Below, piece after piece: positions 20,461 through 30,565 of a DNA stretch of 64,000 nucleotides. The first letter of the stretch is position 1; the number at the start of each line of letters is the position of its first letter. This DNA comes from Flavobacterium sp. BFFFF2 (GTDB lineage Bacteria; Bacteroidota; Bacteroidia; Flavobacteriales; Flavobacteriaceae): contig NKJD01000013.1 of assembly GCA_002256385.1 (NCBI GenBank), positions 5,021-69,020 of the forward strand, in the 5' to 3' direction. The notes beneath the pieces were generated by a model that was not told the origin of the DNA, did not search any database, and saw only the letters and a list, made by a program, of their open reading frames with translations. The position numbers and the translations under genes were made by a program.

Positions 20461-22824
20461 TTAGAACGTAATTTTATAATTGATGTTTGGGAAAAATCCA
20501 ATTTGGTTGATATCTGAAATAGTTCCTTTTGCTGGATTTAAATTTCTAACATATAAGTTTTTCTGGTTTGTTAGGTTTTGAAAGTCAATATACCATTTCT
20601 GCGTATATTTCTTCACATTTCTAGTATACGATAGTTTTAGATCCCATCGGAAATAAGCGGGATTTTGTTCGCTGTAGGCCCGATCTGTTTGTCTTAGTAC
20701 ATATCCAGCAGTTTGCGAAGCGGCGATGTCAAAAGGGGTATATCGTTGGCCTCCCGCGAAGGTAACCTTGGTGTCGATGCCAAATGTAGATTTTTCTGAA
20801 ATATAGAACTCTTTCCCAATTAACGCATTGGTGATATAATTTGAATTATAGGCTGTATTGCGCCACACGTCGTCACTTCCTTTGTATTTTGATTCAAACA
20901 CGGAGGCGGTAAACAAATAGTATATTCCTCTGTTTAAGAATCGTTCCAAAGTAATTTCTACGCCGTAATTGTATCCTTTGCCTTGATTTACTAAATGGGT
21001 TTTATCTGGAAAATAAAAATCAGAGCCCGAATTAAGCATGCTAAATGAACTTGGCGTTTGTTCAACGGCTGCATTATACAAGGATTGTACATACGCTTCC
21101 GTTTTTAATCTTACATTTTTGGTAAACAAATAATCGTAACCTAGCACGGCATGTACACTTTTGACAAAATCCAAATTTTGATTGGTCATTTCTATTTGAC
21201 CCAAACTGTTTTTTGATTGGTAAAAATAGACTTCTAATGGCTGAGTTTGACTATGCAAACCAACGCCAAATGATAAGGTTTGTTGGTTTTTCATTTGGTA
21301 TTTTACATTCCAGCGTGGTTCGATACTCGTCTTTTTGTTTAAATCAAAGTACTGACCATACACGCCCAAGTTGGTTGTTAATTGATCGGTAAAACGGTAG
21401 TTCCAATTGAAATAGGTTCGGTATAAGACCGCATTTTTTCGGGTATCAATAAACGTAAACAAATTGCTACTTCCATCGGGGATGTAATCGTTTCTTAAAC
21501 TCAAGACATTCAAGTCGGCAAAGGCTCCAGCAGTAAGTAGATTTTTTGCATTCATTTTATGCTGTAAAGTATATCCCATAATAAATTTTGAAGCCACGTT
21601 TTTCTTGTAAAAGGCGGTTTGCTCTGGTTGGGTATTGTAAAAGACTTCTTTGTATTCTGCTTGTGAGGTAGAGGCAGCAGCAATCCATTTTCCAAAAGTA
21701 GTATTGTTATAATAATGCTGATTCGACAAACCAACAAATCCAGTATTCGATTCAAATTTTCGGTCTCTTAAACTGCCATCAGGCGTGGCATATAAATTGT
21801 CATTATCCAGCGCATCAAATTTGATATTGCTTCCACCGCCAAATCCAAACAAACTCCAAGTGCCAGACTTTTTTGTAGGGATATTTATTTTGAAGTTCAT
21901 ATCTTGAAAATAGGGAGTGGCCGATCCTGTCCCAAAATTCAATCCAAATTTAATTAGTGTGGCCACCAACGAATAGCGGTAATTAAACAAATAAGATGCT
22001 TTGCTTTTTTTGGAAATGGGACCTTCAATTCCTGCTTCAAAGCCATTAAAGCCCATCATGCCTGTAAATTCATGTTTTTCGGCGTTTCCGTTGCGCATTC
22101 TTAAATCAAATGCCCCAGCCATGGCATTCCCGTAACTGGCTGGAAAAGCGCCCGATAAAAAGTCAGAGTTTTTTAAGGTGTTGGTGTTTAAGATGGTCAC
22201 TGGTCCGCCTGTTGAACCAAGTGTGCTGTAATGATTGGGATTTGGTATGTCAACGCCATCGAGCCGCCATAAAATACCTGCGGGTGAATTTCCCCTAATA
22301 ATAATGTCATTTCGGGCATCGTTTCCACCACTTACCCCCGCAAAGTTCTGCGCCATCCGGCTGGGGTCATTCCGCGAACCCGCATAACGAACCGCTTCTT
22401 CAACCGTAAATTGTCGGGCACTGACCACCGCCGTTCTGTTGATGGCTTGCGTTTTTCTGTCGCCGCCAACAACCACTTCTTGTAGTTGAACCAATCGTTC
22501 TTTGAGCTTCAATTCCAATTCGATTTCTTTGGAAGAAGTCACTTCAATATTTGATACTCCGCCATTTTCGTAGCCGTCTTTTTGCACTTTAAAGCTTCGC
22601 CGACCAATGGGAATTTGATCAAATCGGAATTGCCCCAAACTATCGGTTAGGGCTGCAGTGTCCTCGGCATTTTCAAGGCTGATTTTAACCCCTTGTAAAG
22701 GCCGTCCTGACCATTCGTCAATCACGATTCCTTTGACCACCTGTTGCAATGATTGTTGGGGTTTGTTTTGCGCATGCATCCACGCAAAACTGATTAAAAA
22801 CCCCCATAAAAATAACTGTTTCAT
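20461..22824 (-). CDS. TonB-dependent receptor with N-terminal carboxypeptidase-regulatory-like domain
   Basis: Signal peptide (MHA-Q), 'VKGIVIDE...GVKI...TDSLGQFRF', plug 'DPSRMAQNFAGV...NDIIIRGNSP...DGVDIPNPNH', barrel ending in aromatic 'INYKITF'. Start ATG 22824 is supported by TACTTTTG at 22849-22856 (minus strand). Confidence 0.88.
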   Translation of the reverse strand: MKQLFLWGFLISFAWMHAQNKPQQSLQQVVKGIVIDEWSGRPLQGVKISLENAEDTAALTDSLGQFRFDQIPIGRRSFKVQKDGYENGGVSNIEVTSSKEIELELKLKERLVQLQEVVVGGDRKTQAINRTAVVSARQFTVEEAVRYAGSRNDPSRMAQNFAGVSGGNDARNDIIIRGNSPAGILWRLDGVDIPNPNHYSTLGSTGGPVTILNTNTLKNSDFLSGAFPASYGNAMAGAFDLRMRNGNAEKHEFTGMMGFNGFEAGIEGPISKKSKASYLFNYRYSLVATLIKFGLNFGTGSATPYFQDMNFKINIPTKKSGTWSLFGFGGGSNIKFDALDNDNLYATPDGSLRDRKFESNTGFVGLSNQHYYNNTTFGKWIAAASTSQAEYKEVFYNTQPEQTAFYKKNVASKFIMGYTLQHKMNAKNLLTAGAFADLNVLSLRNDYIPDGSSNLFTFIDTRKNAVLYRTYFNWNYRFTDQLTTNLGVYGQYFDLNKKTSIEPRWNVKYQMKNQQTLSFGVGLHSQTQPLEVYFYQSKNSLGQIEMTNQNLDFVKSVHAVLGYDYLFTKNVRLKTEAYVQSLYNAAVEQTPSSFSMLNSGSDFYFPDKTHLVNQGKGYNYGVEITLERFLNRGIYYLFTASVFESKYKGSDDVWRNTAYNSNYITNALIGKEFYISEKSTFGIDTKVTFAGGQRYTPFDIAASQTAGYVLRQTDRAYSEQNPAYFRWDLKLSYTRNVKKYTQKWYIDFQNLTNQKNLYVRNLNPAKGTISDINQIGFFPNINYKITF

Positions 22825-22968
22825 TTTTTGATAGATTTGAATTTGAGGCAAAAGTATCACTGATGCCTATTTACCGTTTTCAAAATTTGACTGAGTTGTC
22901 GAATTTAGCGGATGAAATAGAATGGGGGCAATTTTAAGTTATATTTGAAAGTAATTTATTTTACATTT

Positions 22969-24561
22969 ATGAAAGTACTTTTTTTGTTTTTTGCCCCTTT
23001 TTGTTTAGTTGCTCAAGTGCAACTGATTCGCCCTATACCCAATGAAGTGACTTTGTTTTACAATGGGGCGCAGGTGCATGCCACTTTTACAACAGCCATA
23101 CCTAAGGGAGCCAGCACATGGAAGATTCAAGGTTTGTCGCCTAGTGTTCAAAAAAACACTGTCTTATTGACGGGGCTGGGCAATAAAGTGAGCATCCGAT
23201 CCATAGAATTTGAACAAGTGTTATATTCAGAAACGGAAGTGTTTTCGGCAAGAATTCATGCAATTGAACTAGGGCTCAAAGCGAATCAGAAGCAACTTGC
23301 ACTGGTGACTAACAAAAAGTCGGGCATTGAGGAGGAGCTTAACTTACTGAATGTGAACAAAAATTTATCGAGTGCCCAACAAGCGGTAACCCTCGAGAAA
23401 ATACAGGCTCATGCCAAATATTATAAAGAAAGAGTGCCTCTCTTGAAAATGGAATTATACGACTTGGACGAGCGTTTTCAGCAATTGCAAAGTAAACAGG
23501 ATTCTTTGCAGGATGTCCGTGAAAAATTAGGCGAATCGCAAATGTACAAGGGCCAACTCATGATTGAAGTAGAAAATATCGGCAGTGAACAATCGGCCAA
23601 TATTGGCATCACTTACCAAGTGGGAGGTGTGCAATGGCAGCCTGTCTATGAAATTCGGGCAACCAAAAAATTAGATGAATTAACGTGCATTCGCAAGGCC
23701 AAAATTCAGCAGCAATGTGGCGAGGATTGGAAAAATGTTAAAATTATTTTGTCAACAGGCAATCCGAGTTTATCCTTAGAAACGCCCAAAATCTGGCCCA
23801 ACTATTTAAGATTTATGAACCAGTCAAGACCAAATGCTAGTTTTATTCAAAGCTTGCAAGGACAAGTAGCTGGATTGAATATCAGTGCAGGGAAAAGTAG
23901 CGCAGGTAGAATTTCAGACGAGGTTTCATACACCCCAACCATTACCTCGTCTATGACCACTTTACTCTTTGAGCTTCCGCAAAAAGGGCAGTTGTTATCC
24001 GACAACAAACCCAAAGAAATGGAAATAGAAACCTTTGCCATGCCTGCCAAGTTTAACTATTTTGCGGCGCCCATATTGTCAAACAAAGTCTATTTAATTG
24101 CTCATGTGGCGCAATGGGATCAATGGCATTTATTGGCCGGTGAAGCCCAAATATATTTAGAGGGAAATTATGCAGGCAAAACAGTGATTGATCCTGATTT
24201 GACCGACGCGGACATGAAAATTTCCATGGGTACAGATGCGGCTATTAACATTGAACGGAAAGCTATTCAGCAATTTTCAGACAAGTCGTTGTTTGGATCG
24301 GTACGCAAAACAAGACGTCAATTTGAATTGATTGTAAAAAACACCAAAGAGTACGCCATTGACATTGAACTAAAAGACCGCATTCCGGTGAGTCAAGACC
24401 AAGAAATCACCGTTGATGAAGTGGAAGTGGATAGTGCGTCATTGGAGGAGAAAACAGGGGTTTTGGTGTGGAACATCAAATTGCCGGCTCGTGAAGTGTT
24501 CAAGAAAAAGTTGTCTTACAGAGTCAGCTATCCATCAAACAAGAATCTTTTAGTAGAATAG
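22969..24561 (+). CDS. DUF4139/DUF4140 (MuiA-like) domain protein
   Basis: 'VTLFYNGAQV', 'ITYQV..VQWQPVYEIRA', 'IQQQCGEDWKNVKIILSTGNP', 'GEAQIYLEGNYAGKT', 'IELKDRIPVS'. Start ATG 22969 is supported by TATATTTG at 22940-22947. Confidence 0.85.
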   Translation: MKVLFLFFAPFCLVAQVQLIRPIPNEVTLFYNGAQVHATFTTAIPKGASTWKIQGLSPSVQKNTVLLTGLGNKVSIRSIEFEQVLYSETEVFSARIHAIELGLKANQKQLALVTNKKSGIEEELNLLNVNKNLSSAQQAVTLEKIQAHAKYYKERVPLLKMELYDLDERFQQLQSKQDSLQDVREKLGESQMYKGQLMIEVENIGSEQSANIGITYQVGGVQWQPVYEIRATKKLDELTCIRKAKIQQQCGEDWKNVKIILSTGNPSLSLETPKIWPNYLRFMNQSRPNASFIQSLQGQVAGLNISAGKSSAGRISDEVSYTPTITSSMTTLLFELPQKGQLLSDNKPKEMEIETFAMPAKFNYFAAPILSNKVYLIAHVAQWDQWHLLAGEAQIYLEGNYAGKTVIDPDLTDADMKISMGTDAAINIERKAIQQFSDKSLFGSVRKTRRQFELIVKNTKEYAIDIELKDRIPVSQDQEITVDEVEVDSASLEEKTGVLVWNIKLPAREVFKKKLSYRVSYPSNKNLLVE

Positions 24562-26514
24562 ATGAACCTCGCATTTTTACACATGAAACTATTTTCTAAG
24601 TCCATAAAGGGCAATTTGCCAAATTGGTTCCTATTCCTAAACGGCTCTTTTATTGCGAATGGAGTTGGTTTGTTTTTACTTTTCTCCCCGATTTTCGCAC
24701 ATGCTCAAAAGCTAACCGTTCACCCCGAAGCCAAAGAAGTGACGGTGTTTTATGCGGGTGCTCAAGTTAAATCGGACTTTAAAGTGCGCGTGCCAGCGGG
24801 TGCGTCAACATGGGTGATTCCCAATTTATCTCCTAATATTCTTAAAAACTCAGTTTTGCTCAGTGGTTTACAAATGGTCCGTGTCCGATCAATTGAATTT
24901 GATATTAATCTGTACACTGAACTGCCCGATTTTTTTACACAGCAAAAAGACATCGAAAAAAGTTTAAAGATAAAGAACCGCGAAATCATGTTAGTTGCGG
25001 CGCAGAAACAAGGCATTGAAGAAGAATTGTCCATACTCACTCAAAACCGACTTCTTGGCAGCGATGTGCAGTCGGTTAATTTAGAAAAATTGCAAAAACA
25101 CAGCACTTATTACCGCCAGCAAATTCCTGTTTTAAAAGAGGCCATTGATGTGTTGAATGAACGAAAAAAAATGCTCGAAAGTCAACGCGATTCCCTCCAT
25201 GTGGCAGCTAATAATCGTGGTAATTTTTCAAATGATACAGGTCAATTAACCATTGAAATAGACAACCCCCAAAGCGCAACCGAACTGTCAGTTGTGCTCA
25301 CTTATCAGGTGAGTGAAGTAGGGTGGGAGCCCACTTATGACATCCGCGCCACCCAACAATCTGATAGTGTGCAAGTGGTGCGTAAAGCGGAGATCTATCA
25401 GCATTGTGGCGAAAATTGGAAAGGCGTAAAATTAATGTTGTCAACAGGCGATCCCAGTTTAAGTTTTGAACAACCAGAAGTTAATCCGCAGTATTTAAGT
25501 TTTAGTAAATCAAAAAATGCCTTTACCAAACAACAAATCCATCAGTATAATCCGAAGGTAAAACATGTTACAGGTGTGGTTCGGGATGAAACAGGTCCCT
25601 TGCCTGCGGTAAATATAAAATTGATAGGCACTAACAAAGTGTACCATTCTGATTTTGACGGTAAATACGAATTGGATGTGGCATCAGGAACCGAATTGGA
25701 ATTTTCATTTATTGGCTATGAAACTGAAACTATTCCTATTTATGCTGCTCAAATGGACATCAAATTGAATCGAGGACTAGCGTTGCAAGAAGTGGTTGTT
25801 AGCATAAGAGGGGCTGCTTCATTGAGCAGTCTAACCGATAAAGATGGTGTAGCGGATTATAAAGATAAAGAACCAGCAAAACCGCAAGCAACGGCTGAAG
25901 TGGGTGTCACTTCCATCACCTATACTTTACCAACTTTCCAAAATCTACTTTCCAATGAAAAAACAGCTTTGTTTGAGTTGGAAAGCTTTCCAGTGCCTGC
26001 TATTTTCAACTATGTGACCACGCCACTTTTGCAGTCAAAAGTATATTTGTTGGCCGTAATGCAACAAATGACCAACTACCAATGGCAAGCGGGGCGGGCT
26101 CAAATTTATTTAGATGAAAATTTTGCCGGGACCACCTTCATCAATCCAGATCTGACCGACGCCGATATGAAAATTAATCTTGGAACCGACGCCTCATTGA
26201 CGGTAGCCCGAAAACCAGTAACGTCATTTTCAAACAAATCGTTGTTTGGTGGCACCAAAAAGATTCAAAAAGGCTTTGAATTGAGTGTCCACAGCGCAAA
26301 AGAAAAGCTGGTTCAAGTGGAAATCACCGACCGAATTCCCGTTAGTCAGCAGCAAGAAATTGTGGTGGACGACCTGAAATTAGACGGGGCTGAACACAAT
26401 GAAAAAACGGGTGTTTTGACATGGGAATTGACCATTCAACCAAAAGAAACCATTAAAAAGACCTTTTCATACCGGGTGAGTTATCCTGCCGACCAACGTG
26501 TCAATGTCGAATAA
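24562..26514 (+). CDS. DUF4139/DUF4140 domain protein with inserted carboxypeptidase-regulatory-like domain
   Basis: Paralogue of the preceding gene ('VTVFYAGAQV', 'WEPTYDIRA', 'GENWKGVKLMLSTGDP', 'ITDRIPVS'). Insert 'VTGVVRDETGPLPAVNI...SDFDGKYEL...LEFSFIGYET'. Confidence 0.85.
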   Translation: MNLAFLHMKLFSKSIKGNLPNWFLFLNGSFIANGVGLFLLFSPIFAHAQKLTVHPEAKEVTVFYAGAQVKSDFKVRVPAGASTWVIPNLSPNILKNSVLLSGLQMVRVRSIEFDINLYTELPDFFTQQKDIEKSLKIKNREIMLVAAQKQGIEEELSILTQNRLLGSDVQSVNLEKLQKHSTYYRQQIPVLKEAIDVLNERKKMLESQRDSLHVAANNRGNFSNDTGQLTIEIDNPQSATELSVVLTYQVSEVGWEPTYDIRATQQSDSVQVVRKAEIYQHCGENWKGVKLMLSTGDPSLSFEQPEVNPQYLSFSKSKNAFTKQQIHQYNPKVKHVTGVVRDETGPLPAVNIKLIGTNKVYHSDFDGKYELDVASGTELEFSFIGYETETIPIYAAQMDIKLNRGLALQEVVVSIRGAASLSSLTDKDGVADYKDKEPAKPQATAEVGVTSITYTLPTFQNLLSNEKTALFELESFPVPAIFNYVTTPLLQSKVYLLAVMQQMTNYQWQAGRAQIYLDENFAGTTFINPDLTDADMKINLGTDASLTVARKPVTSFSNKSLFGGTKKIQKGFELSVHSAKEKLVQVEITDRIPVSQQQEIVVDDLKLDGAEHNEKTGVLTWELTIQPKETIKKTFSYRVSYPADQRVNVE

Positions 26515-26788
26515 CGTTAGTTTAAAATGTAGAAGTGATTTAAACTTTTTTCAATTGGCTGCAAAATGGTCTTTTCGCCCCATATTTCAGCTTTTTATTA
26601 TTCCGTAGCGCTGCTATGCAATGCAAAAAAGTTAAAATCTGGAACAAAAATCCTCATTTTTCGCTTCAATCAAAAAAATTTAAACCACTTCATAAAAATA
26701 TAACGAGAGAAACCGCTTTTTTGATAGATATAATTTAATTTGAATCCCCTTTTGAGCCTGTTTATTAGATAGTTTGCAATAATTGACG

Positions 26789-26796
26789 TACCTTTG
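26789..26796 (+). promoter_or_regulatory. -7 promoter element for DEAD-box helicase
   Basis: TACCTTTG 22 nt upstream of the ATG. Confidence 0.6.
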
Positions 26797-26818
26797 CAGC
26801 GAATTTTAATAAATAAGA

Positions 26819-28675
26819 ATGTCTACATTTAACACATTAGGACTACAAGAATCGTTACTACAGGCTATTGGCGATTTGGGGTTTGAAACACCATCCGAAG
26901 TCCAAGAGAAAGCGATTCCCGTTCTATTGGGAGAAGATACCGATTTGGTAGCGCTGGCGCAAACAGGTACAGGCAAAACAGCGGCCTTTGGGTTTCCATT
27001 GATTCAAAAAATTGATGTCAATTCTACCCAAACTCAGGCGATGATTTTGGCTCCCACGCGCGAGTTATGCCTACAGATTACCCATGAAATGAAATTGTAT
27101 GCCAAATATGAGCGAGGTCTCAATATTGTGGCAGTTTACGGTGGTGCCAGCATTACCGATCAGGCACGCGACATCCGCAAGGGAGCGCAGATTATTGTGG
27201 CTACACCAGGCCGCATGCAAGATATGATTAACCGAGGTTTGGTGAACATTTCCAAATTGTCGTATTGCGTGTTGGATGAAGCGGATGAAATGTTAAACAT
27301 GGGCTTTTATGAAGATATCTGCTCCATTTTATCCAATACACCTGACGAAAAAATGACATGGCTTTTTTCTGCCACCATGCCTCAAGAAGTGGCACGCATT
27401 GCGCGTCAGTTCATGAAAAACCCACACGAAATTACCGTTGGGCACAAAAATTCTGGTTCAGCAACTGTTTCACATGAGTGTTTTGTGGTACAAGTTCGCG
27501 ACCGTTATGAAGCTTTAAAACGTTTGGCCGATGCCAATCCGGATATTTTTTCGGTGGTATTTTGCCGCACCAAGAGAGATACGCAAGCGGTTGCTGAAAA
27601 GTTAATCGAAGATGGCTACAACGCGGCAGCTTTGCACGGCGATTTGTCACAAGCACAACGCGACTCGGTGATGAAAGCCTTTAGAGGTCGTCAAATTCAA
27701 ATGTTGGTAGCTACCGATGTAGCGGCACGAGGAATTGACGTTGACAACATCACTCACGTAATTCACTACCAATTACCAGATGATATCGAAACCTATACGC
27801 ACCGCTCGGGACGTACAGGCCGTGCTGGAAAATTGGGGATTTCTATGGCGATTATTACGCGCACTGAATTGAAGAAAATCCATATTATTGAAAAAATAAT
27901 CAAGCAAAAAGTGGAAGAAAAAGCCATTCCGTCTGGAATGGAAATTTGCGAAATCCAATTGTTGCATTTGGCCAATAAAATCAAAGACACCGAGGTAGAT
28001 CATGAAATTGATTTGTATTTACCAGCCATTAATGAAGTGTTAGAAGGCTTGACCAAAGACGAATTAATCCGTAAAATGGTGTCGGTTGAATTCAACCGCT
28101 TCTTGCAATATTACAAATCAAAACGCGATTTAAGCTCGACTAAACCGGGCAAAGAAACGGAAAGTTATGATTCGGGCAACACCGTTCGTTACTTCCTGAA
28201 CATCGGATCACGCGATGATTTTGATTGGATGCAATTGAAAGATTTCTTAAAAGAAACCTTGAATTTAGGCCGCGATGCCGTCTATAAAGTAGATGTCAAA
28301 GAAGGATTCTCATTTTTTGCTACCGATGCAGAATATGCCGATCAGGTGATTGACACGTTAAATGGAATGCAGCTGAATGGCCGAAAAATTAATGTAGAAG
28401 TATCAAAAAATAGCCGCGGTGATTCTCGTCCAAGCGGTGGCGGTGGCCGTGATTTTGGGGGCAAACGTGATTTTGGCGGTAAAAAAGATTTCGGTGGCAA
28501 GAAAGATTTTGGTGGCAAGAAAGACTTTGGTGGCAAACGCGAATTTGGCAGTGGTACCAAAGATTACAGTGCGCTCAGATCAGAGAAAAAAGGGTACAAA
28601 GGTAATAAAGAGGGCGATTCCAAGCCAAGTAAATCGATATTCGAAGCGGCAAAATCGCGACGTCCTAGAGTATAG
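26819..28675 (+). CDS. DEAD-box ATP-dependent RNA helicase with DbpA-type RNA-binding domain
   Basis: Q motif, AQTGTGKT, PTREL, TPGR, DEAD, SAT, ARGID, HRSGRTGRAG. C-terminal 'RYFLNIGSRD' domain. Confidence 0.97.
   Translation: MSTFNTLGLQESLLQAIGDLGFETPSEVQEKAIPVLLGEDTDLVALAQTGTGKTAAFGFPLIQKIDVNSTQTQAMILAPTRELCLQITHEMKLYAKYERGLNIVAVYGGASITDQARDIRKGAQIIVATPGRMQDMINRGLVNISKLSYCVLDEADEMLNMGFYEDICSILSNTPDEKMTWLFSATMPQEVARIARQFMKNPHEITVGHKNSGSATVSHECFVVQVRDRYEALKRLADANPDIFSVVFCRTKRDTQAVAEKLIEDGYNAAALHGDLSQAQRDSVMKAFRGRQIQMLVATDVAARGIDVDNITHVIHYQLPDDIETYTHRSGRTGRAGKLGISMAIITRTELKKIHIIEKIIKQKVEEKAIPSGMEICEIQLLHLANKIKDTEVDHEIDLYLPAINEVLEGLTKDELIRKMVSVEFNRFLQYYKSKRDLSSTKPGKETESYDSGNTVRYFLNIGSRDDFDWMQLKDFLKETLNLGRDAVYKVDVKEGFSFFATDAEYADQVIDTLNGMQLNGRKINVEVSKNSRGDSRPSGGGGRDFGGKRDFGGKKDFGGKKDFGGKKDFGGKREFGSGTKDYSALRSEKKGYKGNKEGDSKPSKSIFEAAKSRRPRV
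28448..28555 (+). repeat. six imperfect 18-bp tandem repeats encoding (R/K)DFGGK
   Basis: cgtgattttgggggcaaa / cgtgattttggcggtaaa / aaagatttcggtggcaag / aaagattttggtggcaag / aaagactttggtggcaaa / cgcgaatttggcagtggt. Confidence 0.9.
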
Positions 28676-28771
28676 CGTTTTTTTGGAAAACGTTAATATT
28701 ATTTAAATATTTAGAAGGAAGACCAAGTTGGTCGCTAAAAGTTTCATACTTTTAAACCGTTAATATCGGTT

Positions 28772-29539
28772 ATGCGTCACTTGATTTTCCTTCTTTTTTT
28801 TATATGCTCCACTTCAACATGGGCACAAACCGATGAACTGAGTAAAAGGGTGTCAGGTTTGGTGGTAAATGACAACACCTTGTTGCCCATTCCAAATGTT
28901 AATGTCATTAATCTGAATAAAGTACGCGGAACAGTTACCAGCCAGCGAGGTGCCTTTGAAATGGATGTGAGTGTCAATGACACATTGCATTTTACCTTAA
29001 TTGGGTATCAATCCATTCGTGTTCGCGTTACTAATGACTGGCTCAAAAACGGTTCGGCAAAAATTCAAATGACTGAAAAAGCGATTGCTTTGGAAGAAGT
29101 CATTGTCCGAAAATACGATTTAACTGGTTACCTTGAGGTAGATTCCAAATTGATTCCAGACCAAACCAGCCACCGATACAGTATTAATGGCTTGCCTGAA
29201 GGATATGAGGCTGGTGATTCTACGCCAGGCGCATTTTCAAGGGTGTTGGGGTCTATTTTTAATCCAGCAGATATGCTGTATAATTTCTTTGGAAAGAAAC
29301 CCAAAGAGCTCAAGAAACTGAAAGAAATGAAAAAGGACGACACCGTCCGAAATTTGCTTGAGTCCAAGTTTGACCGCGAAACCATTGCTGTATTATTAGG
29401 AATCAATAAAAATGACATTCCAGAAATTTTAAGCCGTTGCAATTATTCAGAAGCATTTATTAAAACGGCCAATGACCTTCAAATCCTTGACGCCATTAGT
29501 GCTTGTTATGAGGAATACAAAGTGTTGAAAAAGAAGTAG
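28772..29539 (+). CDS. carboxypeptidase-like regulatory domain-containing protein
   Basis: Signal peptide (TWA-Q), 'VSGLVVND...IPNVNVINL...GTVTSQRGAFEM...DTLHFTLIGY'. Confidence 0.82.
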   Translation: MRHLIFLLFFICSTSTWAQTDELSKRVSGLVVNDNTLLPIPNVNVINLNKVRGTVTSQRGAFEMDVSVNDTLHFTLIGYQSIRVRVTNDWLKNGSAKIQMTEKAIALEEVIVRKYDLTGYLEVDSKLIPDQTSHRYSINGLPEGYEAGDSTPGAFSRVLGSIFNPADMLYNFFGKKPKELKKLKEMKKDDTVRNLLESKFDRETIAVLLGINKNDIPEILSRCNYSEAFIKTANDLQILDAISACYEEYKVLKKK

Positions 29540-29639
29540 CTTTACTTTGATTCATTGTTTTTACTTTTACTAGTTTTTTATTTATTTGCAGTCTTTTTTG
29601 ATTACAGACAATATGCAACAATCTCATTTAACTATAGGT

Positions 29640-30554
29640 ATGAAACTAGTTTTGTTTTTTTTGGTAAGTATGGTGTTTTCAAAGTCAATCGGCCAAGAAG
29701 ATGCGAACCAAAAGATAGCCAAGGGAACTATTCATACAAGTTCAGGAAATACCGTAGATTTTGCCGATTTGGAATACCGAAACGACAAAGTGTATTTTTC
29801 AAATTTGGCCAATAGCAAACGCGATAGCTTGCTGCAATCGGACCTTACTTTTGTGAAGGTGGAGGTGCTTCGTAAACCCAAAAGTCAAGAAAATGAACCG
29901 CCAAAAATTTCCACAATTGTTGCTGAACCAAGAAGGCCGAATGATCCTGATTTATTACCAGCATTAAATAAATTTCCAGACGGAGTCTATATGACCATGT
30001 ATGATTTTTTAAATCAAGCGCCAAAAAAAATGAGTTTGCAACCATTTACTGGTACGGGGTTTAACAAGCAAGAAATGTACAATCCAGAAGACAGTTGTTA
30101 TTTTTATGACAAAGCCAATGATTCAAAAATCAAAGGTGCTTTTGCAGTAGTTTGGCGCGGCTATTTATATTTTTCTCTAAAGGCAATTTTAAAATATAGA
30201 AATAGTGACGATATCAATCAAGATACGGAGTATCCGAATATGTTTGTGCACGTCCTATTTGCAGGCTCTAATTATTATTATATGGAAGCAAGTTTAGCAA
30301 ATGCGTGGAGCAAAGCAGGGTTTTTTGCCGTAGGTGGTTCGGTTGGATATACTTTAGCAAGCGGCACAAATCATAACAAGGGCGTTCTGTGGGATTGTAA
30401 CTTGCTTGAATTCAATATCTTGCGACATTGTGACGACTTGAACGTATTTCTCGAACATGAAGCCCCTACACTAAAATTAGATTGTAAACAAGCAGGAGAT
30501 TATCCAAATGTAATGATCCTTAGGGATGTAATTCGGAACGTGCTGAAACCTTAA
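29640..30554 (+). CDS. hypothetical secreted protein
   Basis: Long ORF with signal peptide MKLVLFFLVSMVFSKSIG-Q. No recognised family; start uncertain (29613 possible). Confidence 0.7.
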   Translation: MKLVLFFLVSMVFSKSIGQEDANQKIAKGTIHTSSGNTVDFADLEYRNDKVYFSNLANSKRDSLLQSDLTFVKVEVLRKPKSQENEPPKISTIVAEPRRPNDPDLLPALNKFPDGVYMTMYDFLNQAPKKMSLQPFTGTGFNKQEMYNPEDSCYFYDKANDSKIKGAFAVVWRGYLYFSLKAILKYRNSDDINQDTEYPNMFVHVLFAGSNYYYMEASLANAWSKAGFFAVGGSVGYTLASGTNHNKGVLWDCNLLEFNILRHCDDLNVFLEHEAPTLKLDCKQAGDYPNVMILRDVIRNVLKP

Positions 30555-30565
30555 ATCCATTAGGT

